Source of the DNA: an uncultured Polaribacter sp.
GTDB lineage: Bacteria; Bacteroidota; Bacteroidia; Flavobacteriales; Flavobacteriaceae
NCBI RefSeq assembly: GCF_947497695.1
Contig: NZ_CANMHM010000012.1
Span: 2,616 to 66,615, forward strand
Direction: 5' to 3'
DNA: 64,000 nt
Shown here: piece after piece, positions 45,560 to 55,463 of the stretch
Position numbering within the stretch: the first letter of the stretch is position 1
Layout of the letters: each line of letters starts with the position of its first letter
Made by a program: the position numbers and the translations under genes
Notes under the pieces: generated by a model
What the model saw: the letters and a program-made list of their open reading frames with translations, nothing else
What the model was told of the DNA's origin: nothing
Databases searched by the model: none

Positions 45560-46675
45560 TTAATAACTTTTTCTAAACTTTTTTTCTACAGCGTAATCTA
45601 TTAGGTTCATAAAGTTTTCATGAACTCCTAAAGTAATATCTAGCTTTAACTCCTCAATAAACTTTATAATAAGTCCAGAATTAAACTGCAAATCAGGAAT
45701 AGAGATATAATTTTCAAAAATATCTCCAATGGTTTTATAGTATAATATTTCAAAGGTATTTAAGTTATCAGGCTTTTGAGTAACATACTCGTAAGAGTTT
45801 ACATTGAAAGCATCTAACACATCACCCACATAATTTTTGTGTAAAATTTGTTTAGGGTTTACAATATTTAATTCTTTAATTTTGGGGTTTATAAATGCAT
45901 ATAAAATTGCTTTGGCAACAAAATCTACAGGCACAATATTTAGCCCACTTTTTTTGTCAATCCAAATTCTAAAGTTTTCTTTAGATTTACGTGCATATTT
46001 TGCTAAAAAGATAGCCCAAGAGTAAAAAACATCAAACTTAGGAGTTTCGTATAAAGGAGCATCAATTAATCTACCACAAATAATACTGGGTCTTAAAATT
46101 TGAGAGGTTATATTTTTAGATTTACAGGTTTCTTTTACAAAGCGTTCACTTTCATATTTAGATTGCTCATAAGGGTTTCTAAAGTTTTTAACCTGATGTT
46201 TTTCTATACTGTCATTCACTTTTTCATTCTGAATACCAAAAGAATAGGCTGTACTAATATATATAAAACGATTTACAGCAGTTGGTAATTGCTCTAAAAT
46301 TTGTTGTGTTACCAAGTAGTTTTGAGCATGTACTTTTTGTTTAGAATCGTTGGTGTTAGATAAATCTGTAGAACCAGCACAATGAATAACCGTATTAAAA
46401 TGATATTGCTTTAACGTTTTTTGAGTGATGGTTAATAAATCATTAGAAATTACAGTAATCTTCTCTAAACAAGCTTCTAAAGTAAAGTTATTTAAAAAAT
46501 CTGGTCGAGATTCATCTTGTAAAATAGCTAACAAACGTTGTTCTGCAGTTTTTTCATTGTCTCTTAAAACCACAAAAAGATGGTTGACTGTTTTGTCAAC
46601 AATTGCTTTATATAGCCATTCAAATATTATGTGGCTTCCAACAATTCCTGCTCCACCAGTTAATAAACAATTCAT
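45560..46675 (-). CDS. SDR-family NAD(P)-dependent oxidoreductase (thioester-reductase/NAD_binding_4-like)
   Basis: 'LLTGGAGIVGSHI' Rossmann motif, 'YISTAYSFG' and 'NPYEQSKYESE' (YxxxK). Confidence 0.6.
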   Translation of the reverse strand: MNCLLTGGAGIVGSHIIFEWLYKAIVDKTVNHLFVVLRDNEKTAEQRLLAILQDESRPDFLNNFTLEACLEKITVISNDLLTITQKTLKQYHFNTVIHCAGSTDLSNTNDSKQKVHAQNYLVTQQILEQLPTAVNRFIYISTAYSFGIQNEKVNDSIEKHQVKNFRNPYEQSKYESERFVKETCKSKNITSQILRPSIICGRLIDAPLYETPKFDVFYSWAIFLAKYARKSKENFRIWIDKKSGLNIVPVDFVAKAILYAFINPKIKELNIVNPKQILHKNYVGDVLDAFNVNSYEYVTQKPDNLNTFEILYYKTIGDIFENYISIPDLQFNSGLIIKFIEELKLDITLGVHENFMNLIDYAVEKKFRKSY

Positions 46676-46686
46676 GTTTTTTTTAT

Positions 46687-47772
46687 TTATCCTTTGTAAA
46701 AAGGCAATTTTATAAGGGTTGCAGGTATTGCTTTTTTACGAATTTGAATATAAATTTGTGTACCAGATTTAGATAAAATTCTTGGTACATACCCCATACC
46801 AATTCCTTTTTTTAAAAAAGGGCTCATCGTTCCAGAAGTTACAATACCAATAACTTTTCCGTTTTCATCAACAATATCATATCCATGTCTTGGAATGCCT
46901 CTTTCATCTAACTCAAAAGCAACTAATTTTCTATCAGGTTTTTGTTCTTTTTCTTTTGATAAAGCTTCAGCGTTTACAAAGTTTTTAGTAAATTTTGTAA
47001 TCCAACCCAAACCAGCTTCTATAGGTGAAGTAGTATCATTAATATCATTACCATACAAGCAATAACCCATTTCTAAACGTAATGTATCTCTTGCAGCCAA
47101 ACCAATTGGTTTGATGCCAAAAGTTTCACCAGCTTCAAAAATTTTGTTCCAAATTTGTGTTACTTCATTGTTTTTGCAATAAATTTCAAATCCACCAGAA
47201 CCAGTGTAGCCAGTTGCAGAAATAATAACGTTTTCAATTCCGGCAAAATCACCCACTTTAAACTTATAAAAAGGAATATCAGCTAAATCTAAAGAAGATA
47301 AAGATTGCATGGCTTCAACAGCTTTTGGTCCCTGAATTGCCAATAAAGAATAATCATTAGATAGGTTTTTTAAATCTGCCTTAAATTCTTCATTATATTT
47401 AGAAATCCAGTTCCAATCTTTATCAATATTAGACGCATTAACCACTAATAAATAAGTGTTTTCTTTAATTCTATAACAAATTAAATCATCTACAATTCCG
47501 TTATTTTCATTAGGGAAGCAACTATATTGAGCATCACCAATTTTTAATTGAGAAGCATCGTTAGAAGTAACTTTTTGTATTAATGGCAAAGCATTTTCTC
47601 CAGAAACTAAAAATTCTCCCATGTGACTTACATCAAAAACACCTACAGATTCTCTTACTGTTAAATGCTCTGCAGTTACACCCTCATATTGTACAGGCAT
47701 ATTAAAACCTGCAAAAGGAACCATTTTTGCACCTAAAGCTTCATGAACATTAGATAATGTAATGTTTTTCAT
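46687..47772 (-). CDS. gcvT: Glycine cleavage system aminomethyltransferase T
   Basis: '[16 protein letters not shown]', '[12 protein letters not shown]', '[20 protein letters not shown]'. Confidence 0.95.
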   Translation of the reverse strand: MKNITLSNVHEALGAKMVPFAGFNMPVQYEGVTAEHLTVRESVGVFDVSHMGEFLVSGENALPLIQKVTSNDASQLKIGDAQYSCFPNENNGIVDDLICYRIKENTYLLVVNASNIDKDWNWISKYNEEFKADLKNLSNDYSLLAIQGPKAVEAMQSLSSLDLADIPFYKFKVGDFAGIENVIISATGYTGSGGFEIYCKNNEVTQIWNKIFEAGETFGIKPIGLAARDTLRLEMGYCLYGNDINDTTSPIEAGLGWITKFTKNFVNAEALSKEKEQKPDRKLVAFELDERGIPRHGYDIVDENGKVIGIVTSGTMSPFLKKGIGMGYVPRILSKSGTQIYIQIRKKAIPATLIKLPFYKG

Positions 47773-47939
47773 ATTTTAAATTGTAGAAATTTTGGCTAAA
47801 TTATCGAAAAAAAGGCAATAAACAGTTGCTAAAAATTGTTAATATTTTTGAGACAAAAAAATAATAGCATTACATTTGATATTATCAACTAAAAAAATGA
47901 TGTTGATTCCATTTTTGTAGTATCAAATTAAAAAAAATA

Positions 47940-48161
47940 ATGAGCAAAGAACAACCCAACAATCCATTGCATGGCATTAAACTAGCAACCATGTTAGAAC
48001 AATTATTTTTAGAATATGGTTGGGAAGAATTAGGAGATGCTTTAAATATCAATGCATTTAAAAACAATCCTACCTATAAATCATCATTAAAATTTTTAAG
48101 AACAACACCTTGGGCAAGAGAAAAAGTAGAGCAGTTTTATTTAAAGAATATGATTGATTAA
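47940..48161 (+). CDS. VF530/DUF2132-family small DNA-binding protein
   Basis: '[25 protein letters not shown]...[31 protein letters not shown]' matches my recollection of DUF2132. Confidence 0.6.
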   Translation: MSKEQPNNPLHGIKLATMLEQLFLEYGWEELGDALNINAFKNNPTYKSSLKFLRTTPWAREKVEQFYLKNMID

Positions 48162-48171
48162 TTTTTTTTGA

Positions 48172-48256
48172 AGCTATTTCCAGCTTTCCACTATATCTTT
48201 TTGCTGAAAAAGCAAAAAGGATGCCGTTTCAATCTGGGCTACAATTGTTTGCTAGC
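48172..48256. repeat. REP-like intergenic element, copy A
   Basis: 'gctttccactatatctttttgctgaaaaagcaaaaaggatgccgtttcaatc...tttgctag' with a central hairpin (ctttttgc/gcaaaaag). Starts 10 nt after the stop at 48161. Confidence 0.5.
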
Positions 48257-48472
48257 TGAGTTTATACTCCTAAAAATAAGTCGAGTTTATATTTTTAACC
48301 CAATATACAAAGTTTGTAATGAAGTATAGCTGAACCCTAAAAAGAAGCTTCTAGAATGAATAAATTTTTAAACATTTTTTAGATATTTAGAAGCAATTTA
48401 GTGTGAAGGGTATAAAAACATTATTAATAATTTTAGACCTTTCAGGTTTTTTTAATAGACAATTAAGTTGGT

Positions 48473-50818
48473 TTAACTCGCAATAATTTGCAATACCAAT
48501 TCTTTGGTTAAAGGTTTACCATTTGCCATTTTTTTGATATTTTCAAACGTAAAAACAAAATTACAGCCTGTTTTGTAATTAGAACAACCATAAGCTGTTT
48601 TTCCTTTTAAAATAGTCCCTTTTTTACATTTTGGGCAACTAATTTTATCCGAAGATTTTTTATCAGTACTTGAAGTAACTTTTTGTTTTGGCTCTAATTT
48701 CAACTTATAATCATCATCAAACCTAATTAAACCTTCAACAGAACCATTATCTGTTTTAAAACCTTTTAAATTTGTGGTACAACCTTTATCAATTAAACGA
48801 ACTAATTGGTTTTCTGATACCTTTTTACCATAAATTTCAAACGGAATTTTTAAATCGCAATTATTTTTGTATTCAGAACATCCAAAGGCAGAAGAACCTT
48901 TTAAAAGACTTCCTTTTTTACATTTTGGGCATGTTTTACCTGCTACTTGTTTCGATTTTGTTTTAGACTTAGTAGCAGCAGATTGTTTATTTTTTTTATC
49001 ATTTGCAACAATGTTAGCACTTGAAATTCGTTTTTTACTTTTATTAGAACGCACTTCATACACCAATTCATCTACCATTTTTTTCATGTTATTGATAAAC
49101 GTTCCTGCATTGAATTCTCCTCTTTCAATTTCTTTTAAACGTTTTTCCCAACGGCCAGTTAATTCAGCAGACTTTAGTAATTCATTGTCAATAATATTTA
49201 TCAAATCAATACCAGTTTGTGTAGGCAATACTAGTTTTTTCTTACGCTCAATATATTTTCTACGGAATAAAGTTTCTATGATACTTGCTCTAGTAGAAGG
49301 TCTTCCAATACCGTTTTCTTTCATTAATTCGCGCAAATCATCATCATCTACTTGTTTACCTGCAGTTTCCATGGCACGTAACAAACTAGCTTCTGTATAA
49401 TTTCTTGGTGGTTTTGTTTCCTTTTCTAAAAAAGACGGTTCATGAGTTCCTTTTTCTCCTTTTACAAAGGATGGCAAAGTCAACTTTTCATTCATTTCTT
49501 TTTTAAGTTTACTTTCTTTGTTACTCTGAGCTTCACGAAGAACAAAAACAACACGCCAACCTTTTGTTAAGATTTCTTTTCCTGTTGTTTTAAAAGGTAC
49601 ATCAGCAGCTTTGCCAATTACAGAGGTATTAGAAACATCAGAATCTGGATAAAACACTCCTATAAATCTTCGTGTAATAATATCATAAACTTGTTGTTGA
49701 TTGTATTGTAAATTTCCCTGAATTCCTGTAGGAATAATTGCATGGTGATCTGTAACTTTTTTATCATCAAAAACACGTTTTGATTTCTTTATTTTTTTAC
49801 CTAAAAGTGGTTGTGTTAATTCTGAGTAATTTGTTAGTTTAGATAAAATTCCATGAACTTTTGGATACACATCATTGGGTAAAAAAGAAGTGTCAACTCT
49901 TGGGTACGTTACAACTTTCATTTCATATAATTTCTGTACCATTTTTAGCGTTTCATCTGCAGAAAAGCCAAATTTATTGTTACAATAAACTTGTAAACCA
50001 GTTAAATCGAATAATTTTGGTGCGTATTCTTTTCCTTTCTTTTTGGTAACAGAAACAATTTCAAAATCAGATTGTGCAACTTTATCTGCTAAAACTTGTC
50101 CATCTTCTTGTTTTAAAAAACGACCATCTTCATAATTAAAAAGGGTGTTTCTGTAGGTAGTTTGTAATTCCCAATAAGGTTGTGGTTTAAAATTGCGAAT
50201 TTCCATGAAACGATTTACCAACATGGCTAAGGTAGGAGTTTGCACTCTACCAACAGACAATACTTGTTTGTAACCACCAAATTTAACAGTATATAAACGT
50301 GTTGCGTTTAAGCCTAATAACCAATCTCCAATTGCTCTAGAAAATCCTGCGTAATACAAATTGTCATATTGTTCAGCAGGTTTTAAGTTGTTAAAACCTT
50401 CTTTTATAGCTTCTTCTGTAAGAGAAGAAATCCATAAACGTTGCACTTTGCCTTTATAATTACACTGATTTATTACCCAACGTTGAATGAGTTCTCCTTC
50501 TGTACCAGCATCGCCACAATTTATAATAACTTCCGCTTTTTCAAATAAAGATTTTACAATATTAAATTGTTTTTTGATACCTGCATCGCCAGTAACTTTT
50601 GTGTCAAAACGATCTGGAAGCATTGGTAAGTTGTTTAAATCCCAACTTTTCCAATGAGGTTTGTAGTCTTTGGGTTCTAAAAGTGTGCATAAATGCCCAA
50701 AAGTATAGGTTACTGCATAGCCATTTCCTTCGTAAAAACCATCACGTTTTGTGTTGGCTCCTAGAATGTTAGCAATTTCTCTTGCTACAGATGGTTTTTC
50801 GGCAATACAGACTTTCAT
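48473..50818 (-). CDS. topB: DNA topoisomerase III (type IA) with two C-terminal zinc ribbons
   Basis: Toprim 'KVCIAEKPSVAREIA', 'NCGDAGTEGELI', active-site region 'VGRVQTPTLAMLV'. Has two 'CPKCKKG..LKG..A(F/Y)GCS.YK..C' ribbons. Confidence 0.9.
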   Translation of the reverse strand: MKVCIAEKPSVAREIANILGANTKRDGFYEGNGYAVTYTFGHLCTLLEPKDYKPHWKSWDLNNLPMLPDRFDTKVTGDAGIKKQFNIVKSLFEKAEVIINCGDAGTEGELIQRWVINQCNYKGKVQRLWISSLTEEAIKEGFNNLKPAEQYDNLYYAGFSRAIGDWLLGLNATRLYTVKFGGYKQVLSVGRVQTPTLAMLVNRFMEIRNFKPQPYWELQTTYRNTLFNYEDGRFLKQEDGQVLADKVAQSDFEIVSVTKKKGKEYAPKLFDLTGLQVYCNNKFGFSADETLKMVQKLYEMKVVTYPRVDTSFLPNDVYPKVHGILSKLTNYSELTQPLLGKKIKKSKRVFDDKKVTDHHAIIPTGIQGNLQYNQQQVYDIITRRFIGVFYPDSDVSNTSVIGKAADVPFKTTGKEILTKGWRVVFVLREAQSNKESKLKKEMNEKLTLPSFVKGEKGTHEPSFLEKETKPPRNYTEASLLRAMETAGKQVDDDDLRELMKENGIGRPSTRASIIETLFRRKYIERKKKLVLPTQTGIDLINIIDNELLKSAELTGRWEKRLKEIERGEFNAGTFINNMKKMVDELVYEVRSNKSKKRISSANIVANDKKNKQSAATKSKTKSKQVAGKTCPKCKKGSLLKGSSAFGCSEYKNNCDLKIPFEIYGKKVSENQLVRLIDKGCTTNLKGFKTDNGSVEGLIRFDDDYKLKLEPKQKVTSSTDKKSSDKISCPKCKKGTILKGKTAYGCSNYKTGCNFVFTFENIKKMANGKPLTKELVLQIIAS

Positions 50819-51040
50819 TGGTTATTTTTGTGAATTCGAAAGTAAGGAAATAATTCAAATTTTTACATTCTATCTTCTATCTTAATAAAATAAATACACA
50901 TTCATTTTTTTATCAAAATTCTTAAATCTATAAAATATAATGAATATTAAAAACTATGTTTGTATTTATTTTAGATTTTTGTAATAATTAATTTAAGTTA
51001 TTTTCAATTTTAAAGGCTAAAAAAAAGGTACATAGAATTT

Positions 51041-52333
51041 ATGAAATTGATTCTTGATTTTTTTTTGGTAGGAGGTATATTAATGACTTTGTTAATTATT
51101 TTTTTACTTTTTAAACAGAAAAAGAGAGAATTACCTCAAAATATTTTATTGTTTTTTTTTGGAATAATTTTCTTTTATATACTAAATGCCTATGCAGATT
51201 TTAATGATTTAGATATTCTTAATTATCTAACATTTATTTTTGCGGATGTTATAGCCATTCTTGTTGGCCCAATAATTTATATGTATATCAAGGCTATATT
51301 TATCAAAAAATATAAGTTTACAGATTATTGGATACATTTAATTCCGTCTTTTTTTTATTTAATTTTAGTGTCAATTCCAATATTGGTTTCCTCTATTTTA
51401 AGGCGTTTTGTTTTTGATTATTTAGCGTTTGCCAATAATTATAATGATTTGTTTTTTTTTGTTTTTACTTTGTATATGTTGTTTTATTTTTCAATTTCTT
51501 TACTTCAATTTAAAAAATATAAAAAAGCTTTTAAAGATAACTTTTCTAACTTAACAGATGGCGATTTTAGATGGATATATCATTTGCTGTTAGGGTTACT
51601 TTTTATTGGATTTGTAGATTTATTAATAACGATATTAGAATTTTCTTCTTATGAAATGGTCATAGACTCTAACTTGATATTGTTATTGCCAGTCACTTTA
51701 TTAATTTTATATTTGGGTTATAATGGCATAGCTCAGCAAAGAATATTACTACCTAATTTTTTGATAGAAGAGCCTGTTCAAAAACCTATAAAAAAGTCAA
51801 ATAAAAAAAGAACTTCTATTTTTACTGAATCAGAATTACGAGATATTGAAAAAAAAATGAAGTTATTGTTTGAGGAAGATAAACCTTATTTAGATGAAAA
51901 TGTAACCTTGCAAAAATTGGCAGAAGGTTTGTCTATAACCGATAAAAAATTATCAACTTTTCTAAATCAATATTTAAACACTTTTTTAAAAGCATTATTC
52001 ACTCCTAATGTTCTATTAAATCAACAAACGATTGATAAGATGATTACCATTACAAGTTTGCCTTTTTTAAATAAGGATGAATTTATTTATGGTATAGATA
52101 ATAAAGTAAATAGAGTAGAAGGTATAGGTTTGGGTATTTTTAAATTAAATACAGATTATGGCTTTGGTTATGGACATAATGGAGGTTATATTGGTAGAGC
52201 TGCAAGAATGTGGTATTTTCCTGATGATAAAAAATCGATTGTATTTATGATAAATGCAACAGGTACATCAATAAAAAATATTACCAGAGAAATTTTTAGA
52301 AATGAAATGTTGGCGCTTTTGTTTGAAGATTAA
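51041..52333 (+). CDS. Chimeric ORF: multi-TM AraC-type regulator N-part (truncated in the HTH) fused to a beta-lactamase-family C-terminal fragment
   Basis: About 7 TM helices, then 'KPYLDENVTLQKLAEGLSITDKKLSTFLNQYLNT' (first AraC HTH). Near nt 51985 this switches to 'GFGYGHNGGYIGRAARMWYFPDDKKSIVFMINA', a serine-hydrolase C-terminus. Confidence 0.5.
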   Translation: MKLILDFFLVGGILMTLLIIFLLFKQKKRELPQNILLFFFGIIFFYILNAYADFNDLDILNYLTFIFADVIAILVGPIIYMYIKAIFIKKYKFTDYWIHLIPSFFYLILVSIPILVSSILRRFVFDYLAFANNYNDLFFFVFTLYMLFYFSISLLQFKKYKKAFKDNFSNLTDGDFRWIYHLLLGLLFIGFVDLLITILEFSSYEMVIDSNLILLLPVTLLILYLGYNGIAQQRILLPNFLIEEPVQKPIKKSNKKRTSIFTESELRDIEKKMKLLFEEDKPYLDENVTLQKLAEGLSITDKKLSTFLNQYLNTFLKALFTPNVLLNQQTIDKMITITSLPFLNKDEFIYGIDNKVNRVEGIGLGIFKLNTDYGFGYGHNGGYIGRAARMWYFPDDKKSIVFMINATGTSIKNITREIFRNEMLALLFED

Positions 52334-52378
52334 AACTTTTTAAAAAAATAGTCCAAGTTAAATGTTTATTTTTATTGT

Positions 52379-52981
52379 ATGGATTTATTCTCTATAGAAA
52401 CAATAAAAAATATTTTACCTTTTGATGGCATCACAAATTATCACGGAACTATTTTAACCAATAAACAATGTGATTTTTACTATCAAAAATTGATGGAAAC
52501 CATCGATTTTAAAAACGATGAAGCGATTATTTTTGGTAAAAAAATTATTACCAAAAGAAAAGTAGCTTGGTATGGAGTATCTGAATATTCCTACACCTAT
52601 TCAGGAATTACAAAAACAGCGATTATTTTTACTGAAGAATTATTAAAACTCAAAGAAATTGTAGAAAAAGAAAGCGGAGAAACGTATAATTCGTGCCTTT
52701 TAAATTTATACCATTCAGGTGATGAAGGAATGGCATATCATTCAGATGGAGAAAAAATGCTAAAGAAAAACGGAGCAATTGCATCCCTATCTTTAGGTGC
52801 AGCACGTAAGTTTTCTTTTAAACACAAAGAAAATAAACAACGTATAGACATCATTTTAGAAAATGGTAGCTTATTGGTAATGAAAAAAGGCACACAAACC
52901 CATTGGTTGCACAGATTGCCACCCACTAAAAAAGTAAATAACCCAAGAATTAATTTAACTTTTAGAACAATTGCATTGTAA
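52379..52981 (+). CDS. alkB: Alpha-ketoglutarate/Fe(II)-dependent dioxygenase AlkB
   Basis: 'NSCLLNLYHSGDEGMAYHSDGE', 'HWLHRLP', 'RINLTFR' (HxD...H plus Arg motifs). Confidence 0.85.
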   Translation: MDLFSIETIKNILPFDGITNYHGTILTNKQCDFYYQKLMETIDFKNDEAIIFGKKIITKRKVAWYGVSEYSYTYSGITKTAIIFTEELLKLKEIVEKESGETYNSCLLNLYHSGDEGMAYHSDGEKMLKKNGAIASLSLGAARKFSFKHKENKQRIDIILENGSLLVMKKGTQTHWLHRLPPTKKVNNPRINLTFRTIAL

Positions 52982-53020
52982 TTTTCTCTTCAAGGGGTTT
53001 CAACCCCTTAAAATAGTTTG

Positions 53021-53028
53021 TACTTTTG
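53021..53028 (+). promoter_or_regulatory. -7 box TActTTTG for the pseudouridine synthase gene
   Basis: Exact TAnnTTTG, 17 nt before TTG 53045. Confidence 0.35.
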
Positions 53029-53044
53029 TACAAAATTAAACCTT

Positions 53045-53935
53045 TTGGCAAACAATAATCAAACATCTATCAACCTAAATAAATACATCAGTTCTTCTGG
53101 TATTTGCTCACGTAGAGAAGCAGAAAGGTTTATTAATGAAGGCAGAATTACCATCAATGGAAAACCAACACAGTTAGGAAACAGAGTAGGAAAAAAAGAC
53201 GTTGTAAAGTTCGATGGACGATTAGTAACGCCAAAAAACGCTACGTTATACATCGCTCTAAATAAGCCAGTTGGCATTGTTTCTACAACTGATGACAGAG
53301 AGCCCAACAACATAGTAAAACACGTAAATTACCCAGAAAGATTATTCCCAATTGGCCGTTTAGACAAACCCTCTGAAGGTTTAATTTTTTTGACAAATGA
53401 TGGAGATATTGTCAATAAAATTTTACGAGCTGGAAACAATCACGAAAAAGAATATTTTGTTTCTGTAAACAAATCGATTACTAATGATTTTATTCAAAAA
53501 ATGGGGAATGGAATTCCTATTTTAGGCACAGTTACCAAGAATTGTTTGGTAGAAAAAGTGAGTGATAAAATTTTTAAAATTGTTTTAACTCAAGGTTTAA
53601 ATCGTCAAATTCGTAGAATGTGTGAGTATTTAGACTACGAAGTTACCAAGTTAAAACGAACTCGAATTATGAATGTTGAGTTGGGCTATTTGCAAACAGG
53701 AGATTGGCGTGAGTTAACAGAAGATGAAATGAAAGAAATTAATAAAATGATTTCAACTTCTTCTAAAACTGAAGAAGCATCAATAGTAGATAAAAAACCA
53801 AAAAAACAGTCAAAACCAAAAAGAGAAGCAGCATCTAAAAACGATTTCAACAAAAAAAGTGCTTCTTTTAGAAAATCATCACCAAAAAACAAAAGAAATA
53901 ATTCTAAATTTTCGTCCAAAAAGAAACGTTGGTAA
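53045..53935 (+). CDS. RsuA/RluF-family pseudouridine synthase with Lys-rich C-terminal tail
   Basis: S4 domain '[32 protein letters not shown]' and catalytic '[19 protein letters not shown]'. There is no in-frame ATG. TTG at 53045 is preferred over TTG at 53018 because a TActTTTG -7 box (53021-53028) lies inside the longer ORF. Confidence 0.8.
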   Translation: MANNNQTSINLNKYISSSGICSRREAERFINEGRITINGKPTQLGNRVGKKDVVKFDGRLVTPKNATLYIALNKPVGIVSTTDDREPNNIVKHVNYPERLFPIGRLDKPSEGLIFLTNDGDIVNKILRAGNNHEKEYFVSVNKSITNDFIQKMGNGIPILGTVTKNCLVEKVSDKIFKIVLTQGLNRQIRRMCEYLDYEVTKLKRTRIMNVELGYLQTGDWRELTEDEMKEINKMISTSSKTEEASIVDKKPKKQSKPKREAASKNDFNKKSASFRKSSPKNKRNNSKFSSKKKRW

Positions 53936-53937
53936 AA

Positions 53938-54070
53938 GCTTTTGGGCGTTCCCTTAGAGGTCAGGCTTTCACTAATCGCTTTTTTGTGAAAAACAAAAAA
54001 GAGCTCAAACAGGTAGCCTGTCTTGAGCTAAGTCGAAAGATTCAATCCTTAACGCACATTTTTGCTAGTT
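53938..54070. repeat. REP-like intergenic element, copy B (with an extra internal hairpin)
   Basis: 'ggctttcactaatcgcttttttgtgaaaaacaaaaaagagc...gattcaatccttaacgcacatttttgctag' is collinear with copy A. An inserted hairpin 'gctcaaacagg tagc ctgtcttgagc' is present. Starts 2 nt after the stop at 53935. Confidence 0.5.
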
Positions 54071-54252
54071 AAAAGCCATCTTAAATTTTAATTCTTTTTA
54101 ACCTTTAAAAATCAGAATATTATTAATTTAAGAAAATAAAAGATTTAAAATCTACCTTTCTAATTTATAAAAAAACTATTTTTTTCTTAAAAGTATCTAA
54201 ATTCCTTTTCTTTAATAAGGTTAGCATGGGCTTTTTACTATCTTTGCCAGCA

Positions 54253-55383
54253 ATGAAATTCGACTTAAAATTAACCGACCCCAAATCTAAGGCAAGAGCA
54301 GGATCTATTACTACAGATCATGGAGTAATAGAAACCCCAATTTTTATGCCTGTAGGAACTGTTGGAACCGTAAAAGGAGTCCATCAAACAGAATTAAAAA
54401 ACGAAATAAATCCAGATATTATTTTAGGAAACACCTATCATTTATACTTACGACCAGGTTTAGATATTTTAGAAAAAGCAGGTGGTTTACATAAGTTTAT
54501 GAATTGGGATCGTAATATTTTGACAGATTCAGGAGGGTATCAAGTATATTCTTTATCAGGAAGAAGAAAAATTAACGAAGAAGGTGTAAAGTTTAAAAGT
54601 CATATTGATGGTTCTATGCATCATTTTACACCAGAAAACGTTATGGAAACGCAACGTACAATTGGTGCAGACATTATTATGGCATTTGATGAATGTACCC
54701 CTTATCCTTGTGATTACAATTACGCAAAACGATCTATGCACATGACACATAGATGGTTAGATAGATGCATCAATCACTTAGAAAAGTTACCTTTTAAATA
54801 TGGTTTTGAACAAACTTTTATGCCAATTGTGCAAGGAAGTACCTACAAAGATTTAAGAAGACAATCTGCAGAATATATTGCCAATTCTAATCAAGTTGCC
54901 AATGCAATTGGAGGACTTTCTGTAGGAGAACCTGCAGAAGAAATGTATGCCATGACAGAGGTGGTAACAGAAGTTTTGCCAGAAGACAAACCACGTTATT
55001 TAATGGGTGTTGGTACACCAATTAATATTTTAGAAAATATTGCTTTAGGTATAGATATGTTTGATTGTGTAATGCCAACCAGAAACGCAAGAAACGGAAT
55101 GTTGTTTACAGCACATGGAACGATCAATATTAAAAATAAAAAGTGGGAAGATGATTTTTCTCCAATCGATGATATGGGAATAACTGGTGTAGATACTTTT
55201 TATACGAAAGCTTATTTACGTCACTTATTTGCAGCAAAAGAAATGTTGGGGAAACAAATTGCCTCAATTCATAATTTAGGTTTTTATGTTTGGTTAACAC
55301 GTGAAGCAAGAAAACATATCTTAGCAGGAGATTTTAGAGAATGGAAAGATAAGATGGTAAAACAAATGGATAAACGCTTGTAG
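54253..55383 (+). CDS. tgt: tRNA-guanine transglycosylase (queuine tRNA-ribosyltransferase)
   Basis: 'ARAGSITTDHGVIETPIFMPVGT', 'ILTDSGGYQV', 'MAFDEC', 'GLSVGE', 'YLMGVGTP', 'DMFDCVMPTRNARNG'. Start moved to ATG 54253 ('MKFDLK'). Confidence 0.95.
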   Translation: MKFDLKLTDPKSKARAGSITTDHGVIETPIFMPVGTVGTVKGVHQTELKNEINPDIILGNTYHLYLRPGLDILEKAGGLHKFMNWDRNILTDSGGYQVYSLSGRRKINEEGVKFKSHIDGSMHHFTPENVMETQRTIGADIIMAFDECTPYPCDYNYAKRSMHMTHRWLDRCINHLEKLPFKYGFEQTFMPIVQGSTYKDLRRQSAEYIANSNQVANAIGGLSVGEPAEEMYAMTEVVTEVLPEDKPRYLMGVGTPINILENIALGIDMFDCVMPTRNARNGMLFTAHGTINIKNKKWEDDFSPIDDMGITGVDTFYTKAYLRHLFAAKEMLGKQIASIHNLGFYVWLTREARKHILAGDFREWKDKMVKQMDKRL

Positions 55384-55463
55384 CATTAGGCAGTAAGCAG
55401 TTTTCAGTAGCAGTAAAAAAAGTAAAACTATTTAGTTTACAGTTACACAATTACACAAAATAG

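Noticed and set aside
47773-47939. Looked for a glycine riboswitch upstream of gcvT. Also looked for structured RNAs in the other long intergenic regions (15616-15880, 26864-27176, 34925-35230, 50819-51040, 56556-56733).
   Set aside because: These regions are very AT-rich, with no GC-rich paired elements and no conserved riboswitch cores such as GGAGAG...CACCG. No tRNA cloverleaf or rRNA-like sequence was seen.
48867-49400. 177-aa + strand ORF, the longest unexplained ORF in the track, plus many 60-120-aa ORFs. Examples: 4434-4640, 6146-6373, 6941-7195, 9720-10085, 12735-13001, 19470-19700, 26239-26457, 33940-34284, 40379-40654, 57102-57398.
   Set aside because: All are fully nested antisense or out of frame within strongly supported genes (topB, serA, the TonB receptor and others). 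They have no recognisable motifs and a biased shadow composition.
52992-53009. Hairpin 'aagggg tttcaa cccctt' after alkB as a terminator.
   Set aside because: It has only a 6-bp stem and no downstream T-run. It may still pause transcription but the evidence is too thin to list as a feature.
54030-54058. 'agtcgaaagattcaatccttaacgc' resembles a tRNA T-arm/acceptor end (GGTTCGAATCC-like).
   Set aside because: No upstream D-arm or anticodon-arm structure or acceptor-stem complement is present. The segment belongs to the REP-like element also seen at 48172-48256.
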